This document shows, piece by piece, positions 39,086 through 49,529 of a DNA stretch of 64,000 bases. Origin of the DNA: Candidatus Poribacteria bacterium (GTDB lineage Bacteria > Poribacteria > WGA-4E > WGA-3G); contig CAXXLX010000001.1 in the NCBI GenBank assembly GCA_963665235.2, positions 1,376,001 through 1,440,000 on the forward strand, given 5' to 3'. Positions within the stretch are counted from its first letter, which is position 1. Every line of letters starts with the position of its first letter. The translations under genes and the position numbers were made by a program. The notes beneath the pieces were generated by a model. The model was not told where the DNA came from. It made no database searches and was given only the letters and a program-made list of their open reading frames with translations.

Positions 39086-39197
39086 ACTGTTTTTTCCTTT
39101 GACTGTTCTGAATTGGATTATCTTTTATAGTGTATCACATTTTCGGGGGTAAAAGTCAAGCAAAATGGTTTATTGTTTTATTGTCCTGATTAAGCGT

Positions 39198-39226
39198 TTG
39201 ACATAAATTTGGTTTTATAGTATAAT
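39198..39226 (+). promoter_or_regulatory. consensus sigma70 promoter of the DUF368-nadK-recN operon
   Basis: TTGACA-N17-TATAAT. Confidence 0.75.
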
Positions 39227-39304
39227 TTTAGATAGAATTTCAACGGCACATAACGAAATATGCAAATGTGCCTACTTCTGTCAGTTTACAGAGAAAAAAA
39301 GCGT

Positions 39305-40333
39305 ATGAATGTACTTCGTCTATTTGTTAACGGTTTTCTGATAGGTATCGCCAACATTATTCCGGGGATGAGTGGTGGCACGCTTGCACTCGTTTTGGGT
39401 ATTTATGAAAGGTTAATCGCAGCGTTACACAACATCGGCCTTTCAACTGTGGAACGGTTGTTTAGCACTTTCACTTTGAAAAAGGAGGCGTTCGCGGAGG
39501 CAAAGGCAGAACTCCGCCGCATCGATTTCGGTTTCCTCGCATTGCTGGGAATCGGCGCAATTGCTGCGGTACTGCTAACATCGAAACTGATTATCTATCT
39601 ACTGAACAATCAGCACGATGCGACTTACGGTTTCTTTAGTGGTCTTATTTTAACATCAATTTTAATTCCAGCCCGAATGCTAAAAGGGTTTGGGCTTAAG
39701 GAGGCGTTAGTTCTGCTTATCGCGGTGGCACTGATTCTCGGCATCACTGTTGCGGGGATGGGTGGACAACAGACCGTTGAAACCCCTGCAGCGGAAGGTG
39801 TCGGGCCCGCAGCATTAGACAACGCTCAGTTTCCATCTTTCTTGGAACTCACGTTGTTTTTCGGGTGTGGGGCATTGGCAATTTCAGCGATGATTCTGCC
39901 GGGCATCAGCGGTTCGTTTCTCATGCTCGCCTTCGGAGTCTATTTTCCGCTCTTAACGGCGATTAAGGAATTGATGGAAGATATTCCCGCTTTGATGAAC
40001 GGCACACAAACGGATTCGATTTTAGGAAACCTACTGATACTCGGTTTCTTTGCACTCGGTTGTCTGTCCGGATTGGTAGCGTTTACAAGGTTGCTGAATT
40101 ATCTGCTAGCCCGTTACCGTAATCTGACAATCGCTTTCTTAATCGGATTGATGGTTGGGTCACTTTACAGTTTGTGGCCATTTCGTGCATATCTAATGGT
40201 TGGGGATAAACGTCACGATACAGCGCACCTGCTTCCGCAATTAGATATGAATCTGCTTATTACGGTGGGCGTATTTTTGATTGGGTGCGGGGTTATCCTC
40301 GCGTTTTCCCGATTGGATAAGGAGAGTGCATGA
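39305..40333 (+). CDS. DUF368 family membrane protein (undecaprenyl-phosphate translocase-like)
   Basis: IPGMSGGT and AMILPGISGS repeats. Confidence 0.9.
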   Translation: MNVLRLFVNGFLIGIANIIPGMSGGTLALVLGIYERLIAALHNIGLSTVERLFSTFTLKKEAFAEAKAELRRIDFGFLALLGIGAIAAVLLTSKLIIYLLNNQHDATYGFFSGLILTSILIPARMLKGFGLKEALVLLIAVALILGITVAGMGGQQTVETPAAEGVGPAALDNAQFPSFLELTLFFGCGALAISAMILPGISGSFLMLAFGVYFPLLTAIKELMEDIPALMNGTQTDSILGNLLILGFFALGCLSGLVAFTRLLNYLLARYRNLTIAFLIGLMVGSLYSLWPFRAYLMVGDKRHDTAHLLPQLDMNLLITVGVFLIGCGVILAFSRLDKESA

Positions 40334-41193
40334 CAAAAAAGGTCGGTTTTTTTGTCAATACCACGAAGGAGAATGCCCGGCAGGTTGTAGTCGACGTGTC
40401 GCAGTCGTTAAAACAGGCAGGCGTGATTCCGTTATTGCCTGATGAACACGCGGTGGCTATGGAACTTCCGCCAACCGGGTTAACAACAGCGGAGGTGGTA
40501 GAAGCAGCAGAACTGCTTCTCGTCCTCGGTGGTGATGGGACGCTGCTGAGTGCAGCGCACACACCGAAGATTGAAAACGTACCTATTCTCGCTATCAATA
40601 TTGGGCATCTCGGTTTTTTGACAGATGCCTCGTTGGCTGAGCTCAAACCTGCCCTGAATGCAACGTTGCGCGGAGACTACCGGATAGAGCATCGGATGAT
40701 GTTAGAGGTTATCGTAAACAGTGAGAGTCAACATCCGTTTCGGGCGTTTGCGCTCAACGATGTGGTGATACGCCACTACACACGTCTCATTGAGTTAGAC
40801 GCATATATTGATGGGGAGTTGTTTATCCCGTATAATGCAGATGGGCTGATAATTGCTACGCCGAGTGGTTCAACCGGGTATTCGCTTTCGTGTGGCGGCA
40901 CAATTGTTGCCCCGCAGTTAGAAGCGATGCTCCTGACCCCCATCGCTCCGCATAGCCTCACGGTGCGGCCCTTTATCGCCCACGGTGACGCAGAGATAAA
41001 GGTAGAGATGCACTCTACTTACGAACGGCTAGACCTATTTATTGATGGTCAACGTGAGACGCGCAGCCTTGCTAGAGAGGAAGTCATTGAGGTCCGGAAA
41101 GCGAAACGGACTATTCAGCTTATCCGGTCACAAGGACATAGTTATTACAAAGCCTTACGTGAAAAATTGATGTTAGGGGAAAGCATTAAATAA
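40330..41193 (+). CDS. nadK: NAD(+) kinase
   Basis: GGDGT, GHLGFL, ADGLIIATPSGSTGYSLSCGG. Confidence 0.95.
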   Translation: MTKKVGFFVNTTKENARQVVVDVSQSLKQAGVIPLLPDEHAVAMELPPTGLTTAEVVEAAELLLVLGGDGTLLSAAHTPKIENVPILAINIGHLGFLTDASLAELKPALNATLRGDYRIEHRMMLEVIVNSESQHPFRAFALNDVVIRHYTRLIELDAYIDGELFIPYNADGLIIATPSGSTGYSLSCGGTIVAPQLEAMLLTPIAPHSLTVRPFIAHGDAEIKVEMHSTYERLDLFIDGQRETRSLAREEVIEVRKAKRTIQLIRSQGHSYYKALREKLMLGESIK

Positions 41194-41259
41194 AGTCGGC
41201 TCTAGAAGATTTCTCGGCGTAACGTTTTACGTCAACGATTTGATAAGAGGAAGAACTCC

Positions 41260-42999
41260 GTGATAGAAACAATCTCTATCCGCAACATTGCCCTGATTGA
41301 TGCACTTGAATTGGAGCTTGCCCCGGGGTTGAACATCTTCACCGGTGAAACAGGTGCAGGAAAATCGGTTATCCTTCGAGCAATTGGTTTGGTTTTAGGT
41401 CAGCGGGCTCCCGCGGATATTGTTCGGTCAGGTAGCGATTCTGCGTTTGTAGAAATCGGTGTTATGCCACCGGCACCGCTGCCGCTATGGGATGCAAGCA
41501 CGCAGCTCGATGCCTGCGCCACTGCGGATACAAAAGACACAGTGATTCTTTCAAGGCGGATAACAGCTAATGGCAGGAATCGATGCCGTATCAACGGGCG
41601 CTTGGTGAACTTAAAACAGCTCCAGCAGCTCGGCAATTGGCTCGTTGATATCCACGGGCAGCATGAACATCAATCCCTATTTAGGACAGAAACACATCTC
41701 AACCTATTGGACGATTTCGGGGGCAGTAGCGAAGCGCGGCGGCACGTTAGTAAACTCTATCAGCAGCTCCAGACGCTGCAACAGGAGGCAGATAATCTCA
41801 CACATCAATTGAAAACGTCAGAACGGGAAAAGGACCTGCTTGAGTTTGAGATTCAGGAGCTTACGGATGCGAATCTTTCGGAAGGTGAAGAGGAAAAACT
41901 GACAGCGGAGGCACGCGTCCTGAACAACGCGGAAAAACTGTTTGAAGAGGCAACGGCTGCGTATGCACACATAGATGGCAGCAAACGCGGTTTTATAGAT
42001 GTAGGGACAAGTTCTAATTCTTCAGCACTCAGTCGGCTGCGAAGCTCGGCAAAAACGCTCGCAAAACTATGTGAATTGGATGAAAGTCTTTCCGGTTTCA
42101 GCAATCGTTTGGACTCTACACTTTACGAACTTGAGGATATCGCTTCACACATTCAGCAATACGCCAACACGGTGGAATTCAATCCGACTCGACTTACTGA
42201 AGTTACAGAGCGGTTAGCCCTTATCTCAAAACTGCGGCGGCGATACGGCAACACGATTTCGGAAATATTAGCTTACCAAGAGGAAGCCTCACATCGGCTG
42301 GCGGACCTACAGTTCGGTTCTGAAAAAATTGAGAGGCTCCAGACACAGATTCGCGAAACGAAATCGGAGGCAGAACAGGCGTGCATTGCGCTTTCTGCTA
42401 AACGTAAACATGTTGCCGAAAGACTTTCTCGACTTGTTGAGCGGGAGCTGCGAACGCTCGGTATGGACAAGGCCGATTTTTGGGTATCTGTACAGCCCAT
42501 CCAAGATGCAGGTGGCGCGCTGCAAATAGATGACGAACGCTATGCGTTCAGTGCTAGCGGTATTGACGAGGTTGAATTCTTAATTTCGCCTAACGTCGGG
42601 TCTGAAGCGCGGCCTTTAGTAAAAATTGCATCAGGTGGTGAAATCTCGCGCGTCATGCTTGCCCTAAAAACTGTTCTGGTTCAGGTAGACAGCATACCGA
42701 CACTACTTTTTGACGAAATTGATAGCGGTATCGGTGGAAAGGTCGCCGATGTAGTTGGCAAAAAATTGAAGGAGCTTGCTGAGTTCGCACAAGTTATCTG
42801 TATCACACATCTCCCCCAGATTGCCCGCTTCGCTGATAGGCATTTTCGGGTGGAAAAAGAGGTTGTCGGTGAAGAAACCCTGATTACCGCAAAACCGCTC
42901 ACAGCAGCGGAACGCGTCACAGAGATTGTGCGGATGCACGGCGGAAAAGAGACAGAAATAGGACTAGCTCATGCACGAGAATTATTAGATAGAACGTAA
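41260..42999 (+). CDS. recN: DNA repair protein RecN
   Basis: TGETGAGKS, HGQHEHQ, ASGGE, FDEID, ITHLPQ. Confidence 0.96.
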   Translation: MIETISIRNIALIDALELELAPGLNIFTGETGAGKSVILRAIGLVLGQRAPADIVRSGSDSAFVEIGVMPPAPLPLWDASTQLDACATADTKDTVILSRRITANGRNRCRINGRLVNLKQLQQLGNWLVDIHGQHEHQSLFRTETHLNLLDDFGGSSEARRHVSKLYQQLQTLQQEADNLTHQLKTSEREKDLLEFEIQELTDANLSEGEEEKLTAEARVLNNAEKLFEEATAAYAHIDGSKRGFIDVGTSSNSSALSRLRSSAKTLAKLCELDESLSGFSNRLDSTLYELEDIASHIQQYANTVEFNPTRLTEVTERLALISKLRRRYGNTISEILAYQEEASHRLADLQFGSEKIERLQTQIRETKSEAEQACIALSAKRKHVAERLSRLVERELRTLGMDKADFWVSVQPIQDAGGALQIDDERYAFSASGIDEVEFLISPNVGSEARPLVKIASGGEISRVMLALKTVLVQVDSIPTLLFDEIDSGIGGKVADVVGKKLKELAEFAQVICITHLPQIARFADRHFRVEKEVVGEETLITAKPLTAAERVTEIVRMHGGKETEIGLAHARELLDRT

Positions 43000-43056
43000 C
43001 CAAACTAAGGTTTACGCCCGTTAATGTGATAGTAATTATAGATTTCATTATAATTA

Positions 43057-43388
43057 CTAAACTTTGGACAATTTTAGGGAGGCACAACGTTCTTGTCAAA
43101 CGGATAGGTGGAAGGTTGGAAGAATGGAAGGGTGGAAGCGGGGAAGAGGTTTTTGAGGCGCGGCAGAGATATGCTTAGCGTCACAACCTTCTTGCTAACG
43201 GTTTCCAACGGTTTCCAATGGTTTCCAACATTCTATAAACATTCCGCCCCGTTGGGGAAACCGTGCTTTGGAAAACCCATCGGCGGAAACCATTTTTCTC
43301 CTGTTTGCATTTGTGTGAGGCACTTATAGAAAAATCAGAGATGCTTTGAAAGCGGGGATTCGGCTCACGGATATTGTCCAAACTATAG
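43057..43388. mobile_element. MITE family A, copy 2 (332 bp)
   Basis: same ends as 23330-23501; homologous 3' ~140 bp; flanking direct repeat TATAATTA. Confidence 0.78.
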
Positions 43389-43396
43389 TATAATTA

Positions 43397-43511
43397 CAGG
43401 ACTTACGCAGCGCATTGATAAGCCCTTATGATAATGGGCTTTAAAGGGAGACCTGGCGGGCGAGGTGACCTCGCCCCTACGAGGATATGTCTTAAATTTG
43501 CGTAAGTCCTG
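43397..43511. mobile_element. MITE family B carrying a REP
   Basis: perfect 13-bp TIR CAGGACTTACGCA/TGCGTAAGTCCTG; AATTA on both flanks. Confidence 0.75.
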
Positions 43512-43635
43512 AATTATAAAAGAGACGTAAGCCCAACCAACGGGCCGGGCTGGATATACGTAGATAGATGCCAGGCCTACATATAGCCTAACCGAACCGC
43601 AAGGAAATATTAAAAAACCGCAAGGAACTTTTAAA

Positions 43636-46600
43636 ATGGATGACCGAATTGAACAAGCAAACGGCACAAATGTGTATACAGGGTGTGAATTGCTAGTCAA
43701 AGGTGCATTAGAGAGCGGGGTGAGCTTGATGACCGGATATCCTGGCTCGCCGCTAGCGGAGGTTTTCGACGTTCTTCGGCGCAGTGCAAAACTGCTGAAA
43801 TCGAACGGCATTGTTGCACAGATAGCCAACAACGAGGCGTTGAGTATTGCGCGCTTGAATGGTTCACAGATGGCAGACATGCGAGCGATTGCGTTCATGA
43901 AAAGCGTCGGTCTGCATGTTGCCTCCGATGCACTTGCTATCAGCAACATCGCAGGTACCACCGGCGGTGCCGTCGTTGTTGTAGGCGATGATACGTGGTC
44001 CCATAGCACACAAGTGCCAGCGGATTCACGGTTTATGGCACGGCATCTCTATATGCCCCTACTAGAGCCAGCGACATGGCAGGAACTGAAGGATTGGATT
44101 GGATGTGCGTTTGAAATTTCGGATGCCGCAAACCTTTATGTCTGCTATCTCAGCACACAGAATCAAGCGGATGGGGGTGGAAACGTCGCGCTGCATCCGA
44201 ACCGGTATCCAGTCACAAATCGGAACGCACAAATAGAATTGGATACAACCTTAATTAATGGGGATGACCGCGTCGTGTTACCCCCGGATACCAGTCGTCT
44301 TGAGGTTGAAACACTTCGCGAACGTCTGCCGACCGCTCTTAAAACGGCGAAACAATTGGGACTCAATCAGATACGCTATCCACAACGTAGCCGCATCGGA
44401 TTTGTGACATCTGGTTTCAGTTATTGTTATCTGGAACATGCACTTTTGGAACTGAACCTCAACGGAAAAATTCCCATCCTCAAACTCGGCCTGACACATC
44501 CACTTGACCCGGACATATTCCGCGAGTTCGTAGAACAGGTCGATGAACTGTACATTATAGAAGAAAAACGGCCGGTCCTTGAAAACGAAATCAAGGCACT
44601 GCTAACACAGATGTATCAGGCGGACACCCTCAATCGATTTGTGAAAGTATGGGGAAAACAGTTCCCTGACGGTTTGCCCGGCATCCCCACAGCTGCAGGA
44701 TTAGACGCGTCCCTTCTCATTGAACGGTTGACTCCCCTTTTCTCAAAAATGGAAAAAACGGGTAACCTCAACAATATTCCTGTTGATACGACAGTTTTTG
44801 AACGAGCACAGGCGCACCAACAACAGGTAGCCGACTTGCAGATTGATATTCCAAAACGCTCTCCGACCTTCTGTCCCGGATGTCCGCATCGGGACTCCTC
44901 TAGTGTCCTGCTTGAAATTACGAAGCAATTTATGGACAAAGGCTACATGAAGAAGCATCATAACACACAACCGGTCGATCTGATTTTCCACGGGGATATC
45001 GGGTGTTATTCTATGCTCAAATACGAGCCGTTTCCGCGCCTCATGCACAACCTTTCCGCGATGGCCCTCGGCGGCGGCACAGGGGCAGGCATTGACCCGT
45101 TTATTGTCAATAAGCAGATTGTTTTTATGGGAGATTCAACCTTCTTCCATGGCGGCATGTCGGCAATTTCCGATTCTATCAAAAACAACCAGGATATCAC
45201 CTATATTATCCTAGACAACCAAACGACAGCAATGACAGGACACCAACCGACTCCTGCCGGCGAGGTGGACATCCTCGGCGAGCCGACCTTTGCACAAGAT
45301 ATTGAAAAAGTTGCACAAGGCCTCGCCGGAAATTCTAATATAGACATCGTTCGCACAAATCCGGAGGACCGACTGAACTATAAAAAATACCTTGAGAAGA
45401 CTATCCTGAAACCGGGTGTTAAAATTGTCGTCGCTGATAAAGAGTGTGCAATTACGTACCAGCGGCGATTACGGCGCGACAAACAGAAAATTAAGCAGAA
45501 AGATGGATTTTTGAAGGTCGAAAAACACATTAATATTACGCCAGAGGTCTGTGAATTTTGCTTGGCGTGCACCGAATCCACAGGATGCCCCGCCCTAAAA
45601 ATTATCGATACCGACTACGGGAACAAAATTGCAATTGACCGGTCTAATTGTGTAAGCGATGGGGCATGTGCGCGGATTAAATCGGCGTGTCCCTCCTTTG
45701 AAGAGGTGGTTGTTACGCGGAAACGGCCGCCTCGTCCCCAACAAACGTCGTCGGTAGGTCCGGTTGAACAAAATGGAGCCGAACACCTGAATCTTGAGCA
45801 TATCCTCAACGCGCCTTTACCGCCACCGGCACCCCCTACCTTTGACAAAGCGTGGAGTGTTTACGCAGCAGGCGTAGGCGGGATGGGCATCGGTCTGATT
45901 TCCAAAGTCCTTGTCGTTGCCGGACACCTCCAGGGCGTTGATGTACACTTCCATGACAGGAAAGGATTGGCAATTCGGAACGGCGGGGTCTATACGCATG
46001 TGACGTATACGAAACCCGGCGTACAGATTTCACCGATTATTCCGTACGGCAAGGCTGACCTCATCCTGGGGCTTGATATTTTAGAGGCGGTTCGCGGTAT
46101 GATGGCGGAGTCATTCGCCCGAGTCGCATCGCATGAAAGGACTGCTGCCGTTGTCAATACCGCCAAAACAGAGACAATGACAACGCTCATCGGCAAGGAT
46201 AGCTTTGATGTCGTCGATTTGGAAGAGACAATTTCGGAAAATACAAACGCCTACATCGGTCTGAATCTATTCAGCATCTCGGAACAGCTGTTCGGCAATA
46301 AACTGTATGCCAACATTATGCTACTAGGGGTTGCGTTCCAGCAGGGTTTGATACCGCTACAGCTTGAACCCCTAAAATTAGCACTGAAACAGATGGTCCG
46401 GCCCACCGATTTGGAACCGAATTTGAACGCCTTTGCAGTCGGTAGGTATCTCGCCGCGCAGCACGGTAAGAGCGATTTCGCAATTACAGATGAAAACTTA
46501 CGCTCACAACAATCTGCTGCTGAAATGGTGACAGAAAAAGCAAATATTCTCAGGGAGAAACGCAGCGGGAAACGTCTCGCTGCCGCATACCGTTCCCTCG

Positions 46601-47238
46601 TTGAAAACGCAATAGCGCAGATGTCCCTCGATGATGCAACACACCGAGACCTCGCCCTCTACACGTATGACCTAATTCAGTTTGAAAATTTGAACTATGC
46701 ACAGAGGTACGTGGAAAAGATTCGACAGATTTACGAAAAAGACTACGGAGATTATCGTGCCACAAAAGCCGCGATTAAATATCTACACAAGGTTATGCTG
46801 ATTAAGGACGAGGTATATGTCTCTCACCTATTGACGAGCAAGGAGAAGCTTGCACGGGATAAGGAACGTTATAACGTCGACACCGAAAACGGCGATAAAA
46901 TTCGATACCTGCATCTCAATCGACCCCATTTCACAGTTATGGGGTTAGATATCGAACGAGACTTCAACACCCGAAACTGGCAGCTGAACCTCATGAAGCG
47001 AATGAAGTTCCTGAGACGATGGCTCTCACAGTGGCATGCAAAAGAGAAGGCGTTCCGGGAATGGTACATCACCGAAGTGATAGACACGTTCGCGCCAACA
47101 GATGCTGAACAGTATGATAACCACGTCCGCGCTTTGGAGACAGTAGAGCAGGTTCGGGGCTATCGCGAAATTCGCTATCCGAAAATGGAGGAGGCGAAAC
47201 AGGAGGTCGTGAAGCTGCTCTCGCGGGAACAGGATTAA
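43636..47238 (+). CDS. fused indolepyruvate:ferredoxin oxidoreductase family protein (alpha + beta)
   Basis: TGYPGSP, FCPGCPH, GDIGCY, GDSTFFH, AMTGHQ, ferredoxin Cys motifs, AGVGGMG. Confidence 0.9.
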   Translation: MDDRIEQANGTNVYTGCELLVKGALESGVSLMTGYPGSPLAEVFDVLRRSAKLLKSNGIVAQIANNEALSIARLNGSQMADMRAIAFMKSVGLHVASDALAISNIAGTTGGAVVVVGDDTWSHSTQVPADSRFMARHLYMPLLEPATWQELKDWIGCAFEISDAANLYVCYLSTQNQADGGGNVALHPNRYPVTNRNAQIELDTTLINGDDRVVLPPDTSRLEVETLRERLPTALKTAKQLGLNQIRYPQRSRIGFVTSGFSYCYLEHALLELNLNGKIPILKLGLTHPLDPDIFREFVEQVDELYIIEEKRPVLENEIKALLTQMYQADTLNRFVKVWGKQFPDGLPGIPTAAGLDASLLIERLTPLFSKMEKTGNLNNIPVDTTVFERAQAHQQQVADLQIDIPKRSPTFCPGCPHRDSSSVLLEITKQFMDKGYMKKHHNTQPVDLIFHGDIGCYSMLKYEPFPRLMHNLSAMALGGGTGAGIDPFIVNKQIVFMGDSTFFHGGMSAISDSIKNNQDITYIILDNQTTAMTGHQPTPAGEVDILGEPTFAQDIEKVAQGLAGNSNIDIVRTNPEDRLNYKKYLEKTILKPGVKIVVADKECAITYQRRLRRDKQKIKQKDGFLKVEKHINITPEVCEFCLACTESTGCPALKIIDTDYGNKIAIDRSNCVSDGACARIKSACPSFEEVVVTRKRPPRPQQTSSVGPVEQNGAEHLNLEHILNAPLPPPAPPTFDKAWSVYAAGVGGMGIGLISKVLVVAGHLQGVDVHFHDRKGLAIRNGGVYTHVTYTKPGVQISPIIPYGKADLILGLDILEAVRGMMAESFARVASHERTAAVVNTAKTETMTTLIGKDSFDVVDLEETISENTNAYIGLNLFSISEQLFGNKLYANIMLLGVAFQQGLIPLQLEPLKLALKQMVRPTDLEPNLNAFAVGRYLAAQHGKSDFAITDENLRSQQSAAEMVTEKANILREKRSGKRLAAAYRSLVENAIAQMSLDDATHRDLALYTYDLIQFENLNYAQRYVEKIRQIYEKDYGDYRATKAAIKYLHKVMLIKDEVYVSHLLTSKEKLARDKERYNVDTENGDKIRYLHLNRPHFTVMGLDIERDFNTRNWQLNLMKRMKFLRRWLSQWHAKEKAFREWYITEVIDTFAPTDAEQYDNHVRALETVEQVRGYREIRYPKMEEAKQEVVKLLSREQD

Positions 47239-47353
47239 TCTCGCTTCTCTAGCAGTAGCAAGCCACTCCGTAACGGAACACGTGAAGATGCGTGCAAACA
47301 GAAGCAGAATTCATTAACCCGCCGGCAACAACGACGCAGGCGATTAAGAGGCC

Positions 47354-48217
47354 ATGATTCAAAAAATTACAGGAAAAACTCGTATTGTTGGTGTTATCGG
47401 TGCCCCAGTCGAACATAGTCGTTCACCGCAAATGCACAACGCAGCACTCGCCAAAGCGAAGCTTGATTACGTCTATGTTCCGTTCCATGTTCCCGCGGAT
47501 GCGGTTGCGGCTGCGATAAACGGATTCAAAGCCCTTAACGTTGTCGGAATCAATGTCACGCTGCCGCACAAACATGCGGTTATTCCGTTTCTCACCTCTA
47601 TTTCGCGTGAAGCGGAGCTCATAGGGGCAGTGAACACGTTGACCTTTCAAGATAACGGAGACATACACGGTGATAACACGGATGCCCCCGGCTTCCTCCG
47701 GGCATTAGAGGAAATAGGTGCCCGTGTGCCTATAGGTGAAGCTGCCGTTGTGTTGGGTGCGGGGGGTTCCGCCCGAGCGGTTGTCGTCGCTTTGGCACTT
47801 GCCGGGGTGCGGTCCATCGTCATCGCGAACAGAACAATAGCGAAAGCGACCGCTCTATCAGCAGAGCTGTCTGAAAAAATCCGGAGTACAGATAACGTTT
47901 CCCTCACAGGCATCGGATTACAAGATTCCCGATTGCCGGAAGCAGTGAATAGCAGCGCGCTACTTGTCAATACCGCATCAGCAAGTATGGACGCTTCGCA
48001 CCCGCTTTTGATTAACCCGGATTGGCTTCAGCCAAGCACAACGGTTTACGATATTGTTTATACCCCTCCAATGACAGGCTTGTTAACAGCAGCAGCGGAA
48101 AAAGGATGTCCGATTGTTGGCGGCATCGGCATGCTAATACATCAGGGGGCAATCGCTTTTGAAAAGTGGACCGGTGTTAAACCTTGTATAGACACAATGC
48201 GAAAAGCACTCTTGTAG
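47354..48217 (+). CDS. aroE: shikimate dehydrogenase
   Basis: HSRSPQMHN, NVTLPHK, AVNT, NTD, GAGGSAR, DIVYTP. Confidence 0.95.
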   Translation: MIQKITGKTRIVGVIGAPVEHSRSPQMHNAALAKAKLDYVYVPFHVPADAVAAAINGFKALNVVGINVTLPHKHAVIPFLTSISREAELIGAVNTLTFQDNGDIHGDNTDAPGFLRALEEIGARVPIGEAAVVLGAGGSARAVVVALALAGVRSIVIANRTIAKATALSAELSEKIRSTDNVSLTGIGLQDSRLPEAVNSSALLVNTASASMDASHPLLINPDWLQPSTTVYDIVYTPPMTGLLTAAAEKGCPIVGGIGMLIHQGAIAFEKWTGVKPCIDTMRKALL

Positions 48218-48331
48218 TAGGCGCAAGCTCCGAGCGTGATAGAAGAAATTTTAAAGGAAGTTAATTTGAAATTTTTACGGTAGTAGGCATTCTCCGAATG
48301 CCCTGACTATTGGAAAACGGAAGGAACAGCT

Positions 48332-48430
48332 GTCAAGGCACCCCACCGCTTTGACATTATTTGTTAAGGAAAAAGGAGCGGGCATTCCGCCTCGCCTTAA
48401 AGGGATGAGGTTTCCTGCCCGAACGTTTTG
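48332..48430 (+). mobile_element. 99-bp non-autonomous IscB/IsrB-type IS200/IS605 derivative
   Basis: starts GTCAAGGCACCCC; 3' 60 bp aligns with the isrB element right end (AGGAGCGG..TTCC..TAAAG..GG..TCC..CCGAA..TTTTG), followed by ATGA. Confidence 0.7.
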
Positions 48431-48724
48431 ATGAAAGATGAAGAACGGACAGAGGAAGAAAATACGCCTATTCGATTTTTCATTCTAGGTATCCCCTATT
48501 CTATCAAACCAACGGATGACTTAACCGCGGATGACATCGAAATCCTTGTTACCTATGTCAAGGAACGGATAGCGGGATACAGCCAAAAAGGGCACGATGA
48601 AGCACGGATTCCAATGCTCGTCGCTCTCGACATCGCGAACGAGCTGCGGGAATTGCAGCAGTACTATGAAATGCCGATTAACCGTGCGATTGATAAACTA
48701 AAGTTCGTCCTTGAATCTGAGTGA
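48431..48724 (+). CDS. zapA: cell division protein ZapA
   Basis: ILGIPYSI, YVKERI and MLVALDIANEL pattern. Confidence 0.75.
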   Translation: MKDEERTEEENTPIRFFILGIPYSIKPTDDLTADDIEILVTYVKERIAGYSQKGHDEARIPMLVALDIANELRELQQYYEMPINRAIDKLKFVLESE

Positions 48725-48904
48725 ACGGATGGTTAATGGTTGTTAGGGGAACGAGCTTCGGTTGCCTTCAGGCTTCAGTCCCTGATAACCGTTTAGTTGT
48801 CAGTCTTTAGATTAGCGCGCTTTGCGAATAGCTATCTGCTAACTGCCATTCTCGAATCATGTCGGGGTGAGCTCCCGAGCATGATATAGTGATGTAAGAA
48901 TTGT

Positions 48905-48933
48905 TTGAATTAAAACGATAGTTGTGTTATAAT
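48905..48933 (+). promoter_or_regulatory. sigma70 promoter upstream of the tnpB relic and ompA-like gene
   Basis: TTGAAT-N17-TATAAT with TG extension. Confidence 0.65.
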
Positions 48934-48950
48934 ATTATAACCTATTTAAC

Positions 48951-49477
48951 ACCTCCCGTCAAATCCCCATGCTTTAGCTTGTGGGATGTAGATGGCTCAC
49001 ACGTGCAAGGGCATCACGAACTGCCCAGCGAAAGAACTAAGGTGTAATGCCACATCGCAATAACCTATAAAGTCGGAGGATAGCGTCCTTAACAAGCCAA
49101 TGCAGTTGAAACTAAACTGTAGACTGGAATGCGTGAGCGGGGAGAGGAGCGGGCTGTTTGCCCGAATACTGGAAAACCGTATCCCCCGAAGTTTGAGGAG
49201 CGGGCTGTTTGCCCAAATACTGGACTTGTCGCGCGGCGTGCCTGGTAGGAAGGGCGGCTGTAAAACATGTGGAATCAGAGCCAGCATGCGACGTTAGCGA
49301 AAAACAAATCAAATGGGCGGGCATAGCCAGCACTCATCCAAGCTGATAAATCTGCTGAACGTTTAGCCAGCAGACAATCGCCCTAAGTGGAGCGGACGTA
49401 AGACGGTGGACGCTTAGCCAAAACCGCAGACCGCAAGGAAGCACAAGCCTCAGCATTTATGCTGTGGGTACTATGAC
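48951..49477 (+). mobile_element. decayed IS605-type (tnpB) non-autonomous element
   Basis: preceded by TTTAAC; left hairpin CCCCATGCTTTAGCTTGTGGG; CKTCG Zn-finger remnant; right end GAAGCACAAGCCTCAGCATTTATGCTGTGGG..TGAC. Confidence 0.65.
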
Positions 49478-49529
49478 GATAGTACAAATATTTTGCACAC
49501 TTAACGCATCAATTTTTTGGAGGAATTCC

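Noticed and set aside
43200-43230. GGTTTCCAAY x3 tandem repeat as iterons or an array
   Set aside because: short contiguous repeat inside a MITE; no rep gene
43383-44009. 208-aa minus-strand ORF
   Set aside because: antisense to the IOR gene and runs through a MITE
49144-49224. two 30-bp direct repeats with a 21-bp spacer as a mini CRISPR array
   Set aside because: only two units, no cas genes, and it lies inside a tnpB relic; better explained as a local duplication
48951-49477. IStron (group I intron plus IS605)
   Set aside because: no recognisable group I P7 core sequences; not fully excluded without cmscan
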